A stretch of 32,000 nucleotides of DNA from Candidatus Nanopusillus sp. (lineage in GTDB: Archaea; Nanobdellota; Nanobdellia; Nanobdellales; Nanobdellaceae): contig JAPWTW010000001.1 of the NCBI GenBank assembly GCA_028275885.1, positions 30,001 to 62,000 of the forward strand, read 5' to 3'. Of the stretch, positions 1-9,007 are shown piece by piece (the first letter of the stretch is position 1; every line of letters begins with the position of its first letter). The notes under the pieces were generated by a model, which saw only the letters and a list, made by a program, of their open reading frames with translations, did not search any database and was not told the DNA's origin. The position numbers and the translations under genes are program-made.

Positions 1-320
1 TAGTTGGAAGATGGAATAATTTAGTTAAATATTGGAATCATAAAGTAAATGAAAGGGGAGATTGGATAAAAGGTCCATTTTATCCAAAAAGGCCAGATAA
101 AATATTAAGAAGGGTAATATGGGGAATGTTGCCAAGAAATTATAGAGGAAGGCAAGCCTTAAAAAGAGTAAAAGTTTTCTTAGGATTGCCAGAAGAATTT
201 AAAGATGTAAAGTTGGAAAAGGTAGAAGAATCTTTAATTCAGAATAGATTAAAGGTTGGAACAATAAGGGAATACTATTATTTAGGAGATATATCAAGGC
301 AAATTGGTGGAAAATTTTAA
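1..320 (+). CDS. rpl13: 50S ribosomal protein uL13 (L13), C-terminal part; 5' end lies upstream of the window
   Basis: Frame 3 is open from nt 3. The translation ...GPFYPKRPDKILRRVIWGMLPRNYRGRQALKRVKVFLGLPEEF carries the conserved uL13 C-terminal pattern (GMLP..RGR.AL.RLKV..G.P). uS9 follows 26 nt downstream, as in the conserved archaeal L13-S9 pair. Confidence 0.85.
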   Translation, partial: VGRWNNLVKYWNHKVNERGDWIKGPFYPKRPDKILRRVIWGMLPRNYRGRQALKRVKVFLGLPEEFKDVKLEKVEESLIQNRLKVGTIREYYYLGDISRQIGGKF

Positions 321-346
321 AAATTTAGTATATAAATTTATATAAC

Positions 347-745
347 ATGACAATAATAGTTACAGCAAAAAGAAAAACAGCAATTGCAAGAGCATATATA
401 AAGGAAGGTAATGGTAAGGTTACAATAAATTCTATCCCATTACAAATATATGAGCCATTCTTAGCAAGACTAAGAATAAGTGAACCATTAATATTAGCTG
501 GAGAAGATTATGTTTCAAAAGTAAATATAAAAGTTAAAGTAAAAGGTGGTGGATATATGGGAAAAGCTGAAGCGGCTAGGATAGCTATTGCAAAGGGTTT
601 GGTAAAGTATTTTGATGATGATAAATTGAAATTACTATATTTACAATATGATCCTTATATGTTAAAATCAGATCCAAGGAGAAAAGAGCAGAGAAAATCT
701 CCTACTTCAAAAGCAAGAAAACACTATACAACAGCCTATAGATAA
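347..745 (+). CDS. rps9: 30S ribosomal protein uS9 (S9)
   Basis: 132 aa. The N-terminus TAKRKTAIARAYIKEGNGKVTINSIPL and the GGG..G.AEAARIAIAKGL segment are typical uS9. The basic C-terminus ends in ..YR. Located directly after uL13. Confidence 0.9.
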   Translation: MTIIVTAKRKTAIARAYIKEGNGKVTINSIPLQIYEPFLARLRISEPLILAGEDYVSKVNIKVKVKGGGYMGKAEAARIAIAKGLVKYFDDDKLKLLYLQYDPYMLKSDPRRKEQRKSPTSKARKHYTTAYR

Positions 746-747
746 AT

Positions 748-1074
748 TTATTCAATTTTTTCAACTTCTATTTTATTTTCAGTTTCTTCTTTTGTTTCTT
801 TACTACTTGTTTCTTCTTTTTCTGATGTAGATTTTACGGAATATACAGCTTTTGATATTATCCAAATTTGTCCCATTGCTTTAATTAATTGGTGTGGAGC
901 AATTATTCCTTTAATTCCTCTTTTAGATAAATCTGGATCCAACACTTTTATTTTCCATCCATATATTTTATTATCACTTATTATTGCATCTTCAACTTCT
1001 CCCAAGAAATATCCATCTTCTGTGTATACCTTTGATCTGGTGGTTTCAGATATCTTTCTAATATTCAATGCCAT
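748..1074 (-). CDS. PRC-barrel domain protein with Ser/Glu/Lys-rich C-terminal tail
   Basis: 108 aa. KVYTEDGYFLGEVEDAIISDNKIYGWKIKV matches the PRC-barrel core pattern (G..lG.V.D.i.d...g.i..l.v). The tail STSEKEETSSKETKEETENKIEVEKIE is low complexity. Confidence 0.55.
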   Translation of the reverse strand: MALNIRKISETTRSKVYTEDGYFLGEVEDAIISDNKIYGWKIKVLDPDLSKRGIKGIIAPHQLIKAMGQIWIISKAVYSVKSTSEKEETSSKETKEETENKIEVEKIE

Positions 1075-1130
1075 AAAATAAAATAAATATATTGAATAAT
1101 TTAAATTTTTTCATAATTTAGGTTTAAAAG

Positions 1131-3536
1131 GTGAAATTATATTATGAAATTATGGCACCTGAAGATAATCAAAATAATCAAAAAGAATTAAAATTAAAAG
1201 TTGCAGAAGCTATTCAAAATGATTTGTATAGAGGAATTGTTAGGATTGATGCTGAAGCTATGAAAGAGCTTGGAATAAGAATTGGAGATATTGTTGAAAT
1301 TGAAGGAAAGAAGAAAACAGTTGCAATTGCCCAATTATTACCCCCTCAAGATTATGGTCTTGGAATAATTAGGATGGATGGTATTATAAGAAAAAATGCA
1401 AATGCCACATTGGGAGGGTATGTTACTGTAAGAAAAGCTAATGTAAGAGAAGCACAAAAGGTTGTATTAGCTCCAGCAGCAAAAGGAGTTGTATATCAAT
1501 TTACTACTGGTACTATAAGTTATATAAGAAGATTGTTAGACGGAAGACCAGTTGTAAAAGGAGACAATATTGTTATATTGACAGGATATAGAAGGAAATT
1601 TGATTTATTAGATGATGAATTTGGATTTTCAATATTTTCAGATCTGTTTCCTACTTTTGGATTTTCAAATGAATTTAGATTTAATGTTGTAAATGTAGTT
1701 CCAAAAGGTGCAGTAGTTATAACTGAAAATACAGATATAGAAATATTACCACATGCTGTAGAAACAAGGGGAGAAATACCAGAAGTTACTTATGAAGATA
1801 TAGGTGATATGGAAGAAGTTGTTCAAAAAGTAAGAGAGCTTGTAGAATTACCATTAAAATATCCAGAATTGTTTGAAAAACTTGGTATAGAACCTCCAAA
1901 AGGTATATTATTATATGGTCCTCCAGGTACTGGTAAAACATTATTAGCAAAAGCAGTTGCAAATGAAAGTGGGGCATATTTTATTGCAATAAATGGACCA
2001 GAAATTGTATCAAAATATGTTGGAGAATCTGAAAAGAGATTAAGAGATATATTTGAGGAGGCAAATAAAAATGCACCTTCAATAATATTTATAGATGAAA
2101 TTGATGCAATAGCTCCTAAAAGAGAAGAATCAATCGGAGAAGTTGAGAGAAGATTGGTAGCTCAGTTATTAACACTAATGGATGGGTTGAAATCAAGAGG
2201 TAAGGTAATTGTAATTGCAGCAACAAACAGACCAGAGGCTGTAGATCCTGCATTGAGAAGACCTGGAAGATTTGATAGAGAAATAGAAGTTCCTGTACCA
2301 AACGAACAAGGTAGATATCAAATATTAAAAATACATACAAGAAATGTTCCATTGGGTAAAAAAGAGGGAAATAAATATGTATTATTATCTGAGGAAGAGA
2401 AAGAGAAATTAATTAAAAAACTGGCTTCAATTACATATGGTTATGTAGGTGCAGATCTTGCTGCTTTGGTAAAGGAAGCTGCAATGAATGTTATTAGAAG
2501 GGTATTACCAGAAATAGAAAAATATGAAAATAATATACCACAAGAAATTTTAGATCAGATGGTTGTTACTGAAGAAGATTTTATGTCTGCATTAAAAGTT
2601 GTACCTCCATCTGCATTGAGAGAAGTATTAGTAGAAGTACCAAAAGTAAGGTGGAATGATATTGGTGGATTAGATGAAGTAAAATTAGAATTAAAAGAAG
2701 CTGTTGAATGGCCAATAAAAAATAAGAAAATATATGAAAAGGTTGGTGTTGAGCCTCCAAAAGGTATATTATTATATGGTCCTCCAGGTACTGGTAAAAC
2801 ATTGTTAGCAAAAGCAATTGCAACAGAAATAGGAGCAAACTTTATTGCAATAAAGGGTCCAGAAATATTTAGTAAATGGTTTGGAGAAAGTGAAAAAATG
2901 ATTAGAGAAATATTTAGGAAAGCAAAACAAGTAGCTCCCGCAGTAATATTCTTTGATGAAATTGATGCAATAGCACCAAGAAGGGGTTCTAGTATAGGTA
3001 CAAATGTTTATGATAGCATTGTAAATCAATTATTAGCAGAAATGGATGGTATAACTACTAGAGGCGATGTAATTGTAATTGCAGCAACAAACAGACCAGA
3101 TATAATTGATCCAGCATTATTAAGGCCTGGAAGATTTGATAGAATAATATATATACCACCTCCAGATTATAAAGCAAGATTGGAAATATTAAAAATAAAG
3201 ACAAGAAATATGCCATTAGCTCCAGACGTTAATTTAGAAGAAATTGCAAGAATTACAGAAGGATATAGTGGTGCTGATTTAGAATTACTTGTAAAAGAAG
3301 CTGCAATAAATAGGATAAGATTATTATATGAATTAAAGAAAAAACAAGGATTAAAAGAAGAAGAATCATTAAAAGAATTGGAAAAGGAAGATATAAAAAT
3401 TACAATGGATGATTTTAAATCTGCGTTGGAGAAAGTAAAGCCATCTATAACAAAAGAAATGGAAAATTATTACAAGATGTTTGCAGAAACATTTAGAAAA
3501 GGAATGATAGCAAAAGATAACAGGTATTATGGATAA
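1131..3536 (+). CDS. cdc48: Cdc48/VCP/VAT-type tandem AAA+ ATPase (protein unfoldase)
   Basis: Two AAA modules. Each has Walker [14 protein letters not shown], Walker B ([12 protein letters not shown] / [12 protein letters not shown]) and the second region of homology ATNRP..DPALxRPGRFDR. The N-domain-like segment is [23 protein letters not shown]. The C-terminus ...NRYYG fits the HbYX proteasome-docking pattern. The tracked start is GTG 1131; the first in-frame ATG is 1152 (MAPEDNQ...), and either is possible. Confidence 0.92.
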   Translation: MKLYYEIMAPEDNQNNQKELKLKVAEAIQNDLYRGIVRIDAEAMKELGIRIGDIVEIEGKKKTVAIAQLLPPQDYGLGIIRMDGIIRKNANATLGGYVTVRKANVREAQKVVLAPAAKGVVYQFTTGTISYIRRLLDGRPVVKGDNIVILTGYRRKFDLLDDEFGFSIFSDLFPTFGFSNEFRFNVVNVVPKGAVVITENTDIEILPHAVETRGEIPEVTYEDIGDMEEVVQKVRELVELPLKYPELFEKLGIEPPKGILLYGPPGTGKTLLAKAVANESGAYFIAINGPEIVSKYVGESEKRLRDIFEEANKNAPSIIFIDEIDAIAPKREESIGEVERRLVAQLLTLMDGLKSRGKVIVIAATNRPEAVDPALRRPGRFDREIEVPVPNEQGRYQILKIHTRNVPLGKKEGNKYVLLSEEEKEKLIKKLASITYGYVGADLAALVKEAAMNVIRRVLPEIEKYENNIPQEILDQMVVTEEDFMSALKVVPPSALREVLVEVPKVRWNDIGGLDEVKLELKEAVEWPIKNKKIYEKVGVEPPKGILLYGPPGTGKTLLAKAIATEIGANFIAIKGPEIFSKWFGESEKMIREIFRKAKQVAPAVIFFDEIDAIAPRRGSSIGTNVYDSIVNQLLAEMDGITTRGDVIVIAATNRPDIIDPALLRPGRFDRIIYIPPPDYKARLEILKIKTRNMPLAPDVNLEEIARITEGYSGADLELLVKEAAINRIRLLYELKKKQGLKEEESLKELEKEDIKITMDDFKSALEKVKPSITKEMENYYKMFAETFRKGMIAKDNRYYG
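1893..1955 (+). repeat. Intragenic direct repeat, copy 1 (Walker A region of the cdc48 D1 module)
   Basis: cctccaaaaggtatattattatatggtcctccaggtactggtaaaacattAttagcaaaagca matches 2754-2816 at 62 of 63 nt, including all synonymous positions. Confidence 0.9.
2754..2816 (+). repeat. Intragenic direct repeat, copy 2 (Walker A region of the cdc48 D2 module)
   Basis: 62/63 nt identical to 1893-1955. Two further identical blocks occur: 2205-2236 = 3069-3100 (32 nt) and 2262-2279 = 3126-3143 (18 nt). Confidence 0.9.
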
Positions 3537-4251
3537 TTTTTCAAGGTATATATCCCAAATAAAATTTTTTGGATTTGAAAAGAACAAGAAAATACAAGAA
3601 ACATCTGTTGCGATTATTGGTTTAGGAGGTTTAGGTTCTTGGTTATCAGAATTTTTAGTGAGAATCGGTGTAAAAAATTTGGCAATTGTAGATTTTGATA
3701 TTGTAGAAGAAAAAAATCTAAATAGGCAGAATTTTATAATTAGTGATATTGGTAAATTAAAGATAGATTCTATTGAAAAAAGATTAAAAGAAATAGATAA
3801 TAATATAAATATAGAGAAATATAAAGAAATAAATAATAAAATATTTAATAGAGAAATAATATTTGACTGTACTGACAACATTAAATCAAAATATTTAATA
3901 AATGAATTATCAGTATATTATAATAAACCATATATATTTGCCTCAGTTGTTATGGATCAAGGATTTGTTGGTTTAATAAATCCAGAACAATTTTGTTTAT
4001 ATGATATATATAAGGGTAGAGAAGATGTATTAACATGTGATATTACTGGTGTAGATTTTTCATCAGTAATCTTTGCTGTTTCTTTAATGTTAAAATTATT
4101 TATAAATTATGTATTTGGAAATAGAGATGGGATATTATATCATTTTAATATAAGAGATAAATTTTATTTAGAAGAAATAAAAGTTAGGAGTAATAATTGC
4201 AAGATATGTAAAAGAAAAGAATTTGAATTAATATGGAATTATCTGAAATAA
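3529..4251 (+). CDS. ThiF/MoeB/UbaA-type E1-like adenylyltransferase
   Basis: 240 aa. It has the RY..Q N-terminus, the nucleotide loop VAIIGLGGLGSWLSEFLVRIGVKNLAIVDFDIVEEKNLNRQ, then DCTDN and a C-terminal CKIC pair. The start overlaps the cdc48 stop (ATGGATAA, 3529-3536). Confidence 0.8.
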   Translation: MDNFSRYISQIKFFGFEKNKKIQETSVAIIGLGGLGSWLSEFLVRIGVKNLAIVDFDIVEEKNLNRQNFIISDIGKLKIDSIEKRLKEIDNNINIEKYKEINNKIFNREIIFDCTDNIKSKYLINELSVYYNKPYIFASVVMDQGFVGLINPEQFCLYDIYKGREDVLTCDITGVDFSSVIFAVSLMLKLFINYVFGNRDGILYHFNIRDKFYLEEIKVRSNNCKICKRKEFELIWNYLK

Positions 4252-5066
4252 TAAATGAGATAAAAAATAAGAAAGAATTGAGAAATATATCCGATAAGGT
4301 AGTTGAGAATATATTAAAAAGAGAATTAAGAAAGAAACAATATTTATATAAAAGATTATCTTCAATAAAAAATATAAAGCAATTAAAAAATGATGAAGAA
4401 TTTTATTTATTATTTAAAGAGGTAAGGAGAATTCTTCATGAATTATATGGTTTATATACTCCAAAAGAAGATAAAGAAATAGATAGAATATTATTTAATA
4501 ATGAAATGACATTGGAGCAAAAAATAATAGAATTATTGATGTTAACAAGGTCTACAGCTGAAAGAATAAATTTTTATAAAGAAATATATAAAAATATATT
4601 TATTGAAAAACCAATAGAAATATTAGATCTAGCATCAGGATTAAATCCAATATCAATTTATTTTTCAGATCAAAAACCTAAAAAATATTATTATGTAGAT
4701 ATATCTGAAAAAATATTAGATATAAATTATCAAATATTAAAGGAGTTAAATATCGAAAATGAAGGATGGTTAATTGATTTATTGGATCCAGATGATAGAA
4801 TATTTAGGCACTTTCAATATATATTTTTTTGGAAGATATTTCCAATATTGGAAAAATATGATTTTTATACCCCAAGAAATTTGTTATCTAAATTAGATTT
4901 TGATTATTTAATAATATCTTTTCCTCAAAAGAGTATTGGAAAGAAGAGAAATCTTGGTTTGGCATGGAGATATAAAATTAAAAGATTTGTAACATATAAA
5001 TTGAAATATAAAATAATTAAAGAATTTGATATTCCATATGAGTATTTTATTATTGTGGGAAAATAA
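4233..5066 (+). CDS. SAM-dependent methyltransferase resembling the FmrO/Rmt/ArmA 16S rRNA (G1405-N7) methyltransferase family
   Basis: 277 aa. By eye it is colinear with remembered RmtB-type motifs: IKNKKELRNISDKVVENIL, VRRILHELYGLYTP, LTRSTAER, motif I ILDLASGLNPISIY (family: LD[IL]ACG[LF]NP), FWKIFPILEKY, IISFPQKSIGKKRNLG (family: SFP..SLGGR.KG), and the C-terminal EYFIIVGK. No computed alignment was made. Confidence 0.5.
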   Translation: MELSEIINEIKNKKELRNISDKVVENILKRELRKKQYLYKRLSSIKNIKQLKNDEEFYLLFKEVRRILHELYGLYTPKEDKEIDRILFNNEMTLEQKIIELLMLTRSTAERINFYKEIYKNIFIEKPIEILDLASGLNPISIYFSDQKPKKYYYVDISEKILDINYQILKELNIENEGWLIDLLDPDDRIFRHFQYIFFWKIFPILEKYDFYTPRNLLSKLDFDYLIISFPQKSIGKKRNLGLAWRYKIKRFVTYKLKYKIIKEFDIPYEYFIIVGK

Positions 5067-5397
5067 TATCTTTTAATTTTAGTAAATCCTTTTTATTATA
5101 TTTCTTTAATTTATTGTCCGAAAATATCCACAATTCAATATCAATATTATCAGAATCTTTATATTTTTCTGCAAGATGATATAATTCATATAGATCAATA
5201 TAATTAATATTACTTATATCAATATCTTTTTTATTCTTTTTAACTTGAATTAACCTTACTTTTCCTTCTTTATTTATTGCAATTATATCTACAGCAGAAT
5301 GGGAACCAGGAGTTCTCCATGCGTCATATCCTTCTTTTTCCAATATCTTTTTTACTTTTTGTTCATAATAATATCCAATTTTATATTTACTTCCCAT
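5050..5397 (-). CDS. hjc: Hjc-type Holliday junction resolvase-like PD-(D/E)XK nuclease
   Basis: 115 aa. YYYEQKVKKILEKEGYDAWRTPGSHSAVDIIAINKEGKVRLIQVKKNKKD aligns by eye with the Hjc core (G...ERELv..Le..GfavvRsaGS...vDlvA......l.iEVK). The Glu, Asp and Lys positions are present, but the E of the EVK motif is Gln (Q51, CAA at 5245-5247 on the minus strand). Confidence 0.6.
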   Translation of the reverse strand: MGSKYKIGYYYEQKVKKILEKEGYDAWRTPGSHSAVDIIAINKEGKVRLIQVKKNKKDIDISNINYIDLYELYHLAEKYKDSDNIDIELWIFSDNKLKKYNKKDLLKLKDIIFPQ

Positions 5398-5448
5398 TTC
5401 AAATATAAGAATTTAAACAATTAAAAATATTGTTTTAAATATATTTTT

Positions 5449-8400
5449 ATGGATATAAATGATTATTTTTCAGAAATCAAGAAAAAAACATTAGAAGCTT
5501 ATGAAATAGCAAAAAAGGCAAGATCATTGTCTTTAGATCCTGTTAATGATGTTGAAATATCAATTTCTGAAGATATGGCTGAAAGGGTAGTCAATTTATT
5601 ATCAACAATTGATCCTATTATAAAAGAAATAAATTTACCAGAAAAAATTAGAGAAATAGAGAAGATATATAAGCCTCTTTCATTTTCTACAATATTAAAA
5701 ATATCAGAATATGTAGCAGAACAAATATATAATAAAACTAAAGATAAGATTAAAGCTATAGAACTTGGATTAAGAGTAGGTTTTGCATATCATACTTTGG
5801 GTGTTGTAGCTGCTCCAACAGAAGGAATTGTAAAAGTAACGGTAAAGAAAAGAATGGATGGAAAAGAATATATTTCAGTATTTTATGCTGGACCTGTAAG
5901 ATCTGCTGGTGGTACTCCTCAGGCATTTTCAGTTGTAATTGCAGATTTTCTAAGGAAAAAATTTGGATATGAAAAATATGATCCTACTGAAGATGAGATT
6001 CAAAGATATATAGTTGAAACTTATGATTATAAGAGATCAGCTCATTTACAATATACTCCAAAGAATGAGGAAATAGAGTTTGCAGTTAGAAATTTACCAA
6101 TTGAAATAAATGGAGAGCCTACAGAAAAGATAGAAGTTTCTGCATATAAAGATTTACCAAGAGTTGAGACAAATTATATAAGAGGGGGAGCAGTTCTTGT
6201 ACTTGCAGAAGGTATATGTCAAAAAGCTAAAAAAATATGGAAAGAATTATCAAAAATTGCAAAAGATTTTAATTTAGAAGATTGGTCTTGGTTAGATGAA
6301 TTAAGAAAATTGCAAGAAAAATTACATGGGGGTTCTTCAGATTCTTCTGAAATAATAAAACCAAATGCAAAATATTTGGAACAATTGACTTCTGGGAGAC
6401 CAATATTTTCCCTACCATCTGCAAAGGGTGGATTTAGATTAAGAATGGGAAAATCAAGGACAAATGGACATGAAGCTTCTTCTATACATCCAGCTACTGC
6501 AATTTTAACGTATAATTTTTTAGCATGGGGAACTCAATTGGTTGTAGAGAGACCTGGAAAGGCTTCTGCAATTACATTTTCTGATACAATCGAACCTCCT
6601 GTAGTAAAGTTGAAAGATGGTTCTGTAATAAAGGTAAGAGAGGAAAAAATGGCAAAAGAATTAATTGAAAAAAATTTAGTAGAAAAAATATTATTTTTAG
6701 GAGATATCTTATTTACATATGGAGATTTTTTAGATAATGGGCATCCACTAGTTCCTTTAGGATATTGTGAAGAATGGTGGATATTGGAATTTGAAAAAAA
6801 TGCAAAAGAAAAAGTAAATGGATTTGAAGTTGTTTTTGATATGTTTAAACCAAGAAAATTATTTGAAATAAAAAATTTAGAAAAATTATCAGAATATTTG
6901 GGTATTGATAAAAATACTTTAGAAAATTATATTAGAGATCCTCTAAAAAATAAACCAGATTTTATTAATTCATTAAAGATATCTATATTATTGAATGTTC
7001 CATTGCATCCAGAATATACGTATTTTTGGAAAGATATAAGTTCAAAAGACCTTATATATTTATTAAATTATTTAAAAGAAAAGGCAAAAGTTTCATATAA
7101 AGAAATTAAAATAAATGGTGAAAATTATAGAATTGCTGATAGAATTGAATTGGAATATGATGAAAAGATAAAGAGTATATTGGAAGAAATATTAATTGAG
7201 CATAAAATGGAAAATAATAAGATTATAATTGAATATCCAAATTCAGCAGCATTATATATACAATTAGGATATTTTGAAAAAGTTCCAGAAATAAATAATG
7301 AAAAAAATGGATATGAATTAGTAAATAAAATATCAAAAGTTATTATTAGAGACAAGGTTGGAACATATATCGGAGCTAGAATGGGAAGACCTGAAAAAGC
7401 AAAGATCAGGGAATTGAAAGGTTCAATAATGGTCCTATTTCCTGTAGGAGAAGAGGGGGGAAGAATGAGAAATCTTTTAGAATCAATGAAATATGACAAA
7501 ATTGTTTCAGATTTAAAAACATATTATTGTCCAAATTGTAAAATATATGTTCCATATAAAAAATGTATATTCTGTAATTCGGAAACAAAATTATTAAAAA
7601 CTGAAGATGAAAAAGAACATAAAAAATATGCAATACAAATTTCAAAATATATAGAAGCAGCATTAAAAAATCTAGGATTGGATCCTTCTCAATTGCCAAA
7701 AATAGTAAAAGGACCTGAAGGTTTGAGTTCAAGAAGTAAACAACCAGAAAGATTAGAAAAAGGAATATTAAGGGCAAAATATGGTATATTTGTATTTAGA
7801 GATGGAACAGTAAGATTTGATGCTATAGAGGTACCAATTACATATTTTAAACCAAAAGATTTAGTATATACTCCAATAGAAAAATTAAAGGAATTGGGAT
7901 ATACTCATGATATTTATGGAAACCCACTGGAAAATGAAGACCAAATATTAGAATTAAAACCCCAAGATATTATATTACCAACAATTGGTCCATTAAAGAA
8001 AGGTGGTAAATTAAAGAAAGATGGATTTTTAATTTCTTTAATAAATACTGCTAAATTTATTGATGAAGAATTGGAAAGATTGTATAAAATGAATAGATAT
8101 TATAATGTAAAGATACCAGAAGATTTACTGGGTCATTTATTAATTGTTTTGGCTCCACATACATCTGCAGGTACTGTTGGAAGAATAATTGGATTTTCAA
8201 GAACTCAAGCATTACTTATGCATCCAATGATGCATGCTGCAATTAGAAGAAATTGTGATGGAGATGAAGGAACGGTATTACTATTATTAGATGCTTTGTT
8301 AAATTTCTCTAGAGAATATTTACCAGATAAAAGAGGAGGAACTATGGATGCTCCATTAACAATCACAATAAAAGTTAAAGGAATGGAAATAGATGATGAA

Positions 8401-9006
8401 GTACAAAAATTTGATACTGTTTGGAATTATCCTCTAGAATTATATGAGGCATCATTGCAATATAAATCTCCAGAATCTGTAAAAATACAAATATTTAAAG
8501 AAAGAATTGATACCCCAGAAGAATATGTAAATTGGGGATTTATGCATGATATAAATTCTATTAGTGAAAATGGAAATAAAGTTTCTGCATATAAATCTTT
8601 AGGAGAAATGTTGGAAAAGTTGAATTTTGAATTAAAATTGGCAAAATTATTAAGATCTGTAGATCCAAGCACTGTTGCAAGTTTGGTAATAAATCTACAT
8701 TTTGCAAGAGATATTAAAGGTAATTTGAGAAAGTTTTCTGAGCAGGAATTTAGATGTATAAAATGTAATAAAAGATTTAGAAGACCCCCTTTATCTGGAA
8801 AATGTGATAAATGTGGAGGAAAAATTGTAATGACAGTTCATTATGGCACTGTTGTAAAATATTTAGAACCAAGTTTATGGTTGGCTGAAAAATTAAAGTT
8901 AGATGAATATACAAGTTCTAGTTTAAAAGCATTGAAAATGAAAATAGATCAGACATTTGGAAATCAATCTAAGGAAAAGCAAATTAAAGATTTCTTTAAT
9001 TTATAG
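5449..9006 (+). CDS. polC: DNA polymerase D (Pol II) large catalytic subunit DP2
   Basis: 1185 aa. It has the PolD-specific strings LAPHTSAGTVGRIIGF, HPMMHAAIRRNCDGDE and GGTMDAPL. Two Cys4 clusters are present (CPNC...CIFC and CIKC...CDKC). No intein-like insertion is evident. Confidence 0.95.
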   Translation: MDINDYFSEIKKKTLEAYEIAKKARSLSLDPVNDVEISISEDMAERVVNLLSTIDPIIKEINLPEKIREIEKIYKPLSFSTILKISEYVAEQIYNKTKDKIKAIELGLRVGFAYHTLGVVAAPTEGIVKVTVKKRMDGKEYISVFYAGPVRSAGGTPQAFSVVIADFLRKKFGYEKYDPTEDEIQRYIVETYDYKRSAHLQYTPKNEEIEFAVRNLPIEINGEPTEKIEVSAYKDLPRVETNYIRGGAVLVLAEGICQKAKKIWKELSKIAKDFNLEDWSWLDELRKLQEKLHGGSSDSSEIIKPNAKYLEQLTSGRPIFSLPSAKGGFRLRMGKSRTNGHEASSIHPATAILTYNFLAWGTQLVVERPGKASAITFSDTIEPPVVKLKDGSVIKVREEKMAKELIEKNLVEKILFLGDILFTYGDFLDNGHPLVPLGYCEEWWILEFEKNAKEKVNGFEVVFDMFKPRKLFEIKNLEKLSEYLGIDKNTLENYIRDPLKNKPDFINSLKISILLNVPLHPEYTYFWKDISSKDLIYLLNYLKEKAKVSYKEIKINGENYRIADRIELEYDEKIKSILEEILIEHKMENNKIIIEYPNSAALYIQLGYFEKVPEINNEKNGYELVNKISKVIIRDKVGTYIGARMGRPEKAKIRELKGSIMVLFPVGEEGGRMRNLLESMKYDKIVSDLKTYYCPNCKIYVPYKKCIFCNSETKLLKTEDEKEHKKYAIQISKYIEAALKNLGLDPSQLPKIVKGPEGLSSRSKQPERLEKGILRAKYGIFVFRDGTVRFDAIEVPITYFKPKDLVYTPIEKLKELGYTHDIYGNPLENEDQILELKPQDIILPTIGPLKKGGKLKKDGFLISLINTAKFIDEELERLYKMNRYYNVKIPEDLLGHLLIVLAPHTSAGTVGRIIGFSRTQALLMHPMMHAAIRRNCDGDEGTVLLLLDALLNFSREYLPDKRGGTMDAPLTITIKVKGMEIDDEVQKFDTVWNYPLELYEASLQYKSPESVKIQIFKERIDTPEEYVNWGFMHDINSISENGNKVSAYKSLGEMLEKLNFELKLAKLLRSVDPSTVASLVINLHFARDIKGNLRKFSEQEFRCIKCNKRFRRPPLSGKCDKCGGKIVMTVHYGTVVKYLEPSLWLAEKLKLDEYTSSSLKALKMKIDQTFGNQSKEKQIKDFFNL

Positions 9007-9007
9007 A

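Noticed and set aside
1786-3881. Minus-strand ORFs antisense to cdc48 and the E1-like gene (1786-1977, 2116-2352, 2581-2838, 2805-3029, 3369-3881)
   Set aside because: They lie entirely within strongly supported plus-strand genes. Their translations are Leu/Phe/Ile-rich low-complexity sequences typical of the antisense frame of AT-rich coding DNA. Two of them are similar only because the cdc48 DNA repeat is mirrored.
5415-5435. 7-bp inverted repeat AAACAAT-N7-ATTGTTT in the hjc/polC divergent promoter
   Set aside because: It is short and AT-rich, so it is expected by chance at this base composition; there is no second copy.
7125-8672. Minus-strand ORFs inside polC (7125-7499, 7406-7777, 8427-8672)
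   Set aside because: Antisense to an unambiguous PolD DP2 gene, with no motifs and a low-complexity hydrophobic composition.
8957-9007. N-terminal extension of the diphthine synthase ORF (tracked start 8957)
   Set aside because: The extension overlaps the polC 3' end by 50 nt and adds non-homologous residues. The ATG at 9008 yields the canonical MFILSGLG N-terminus.
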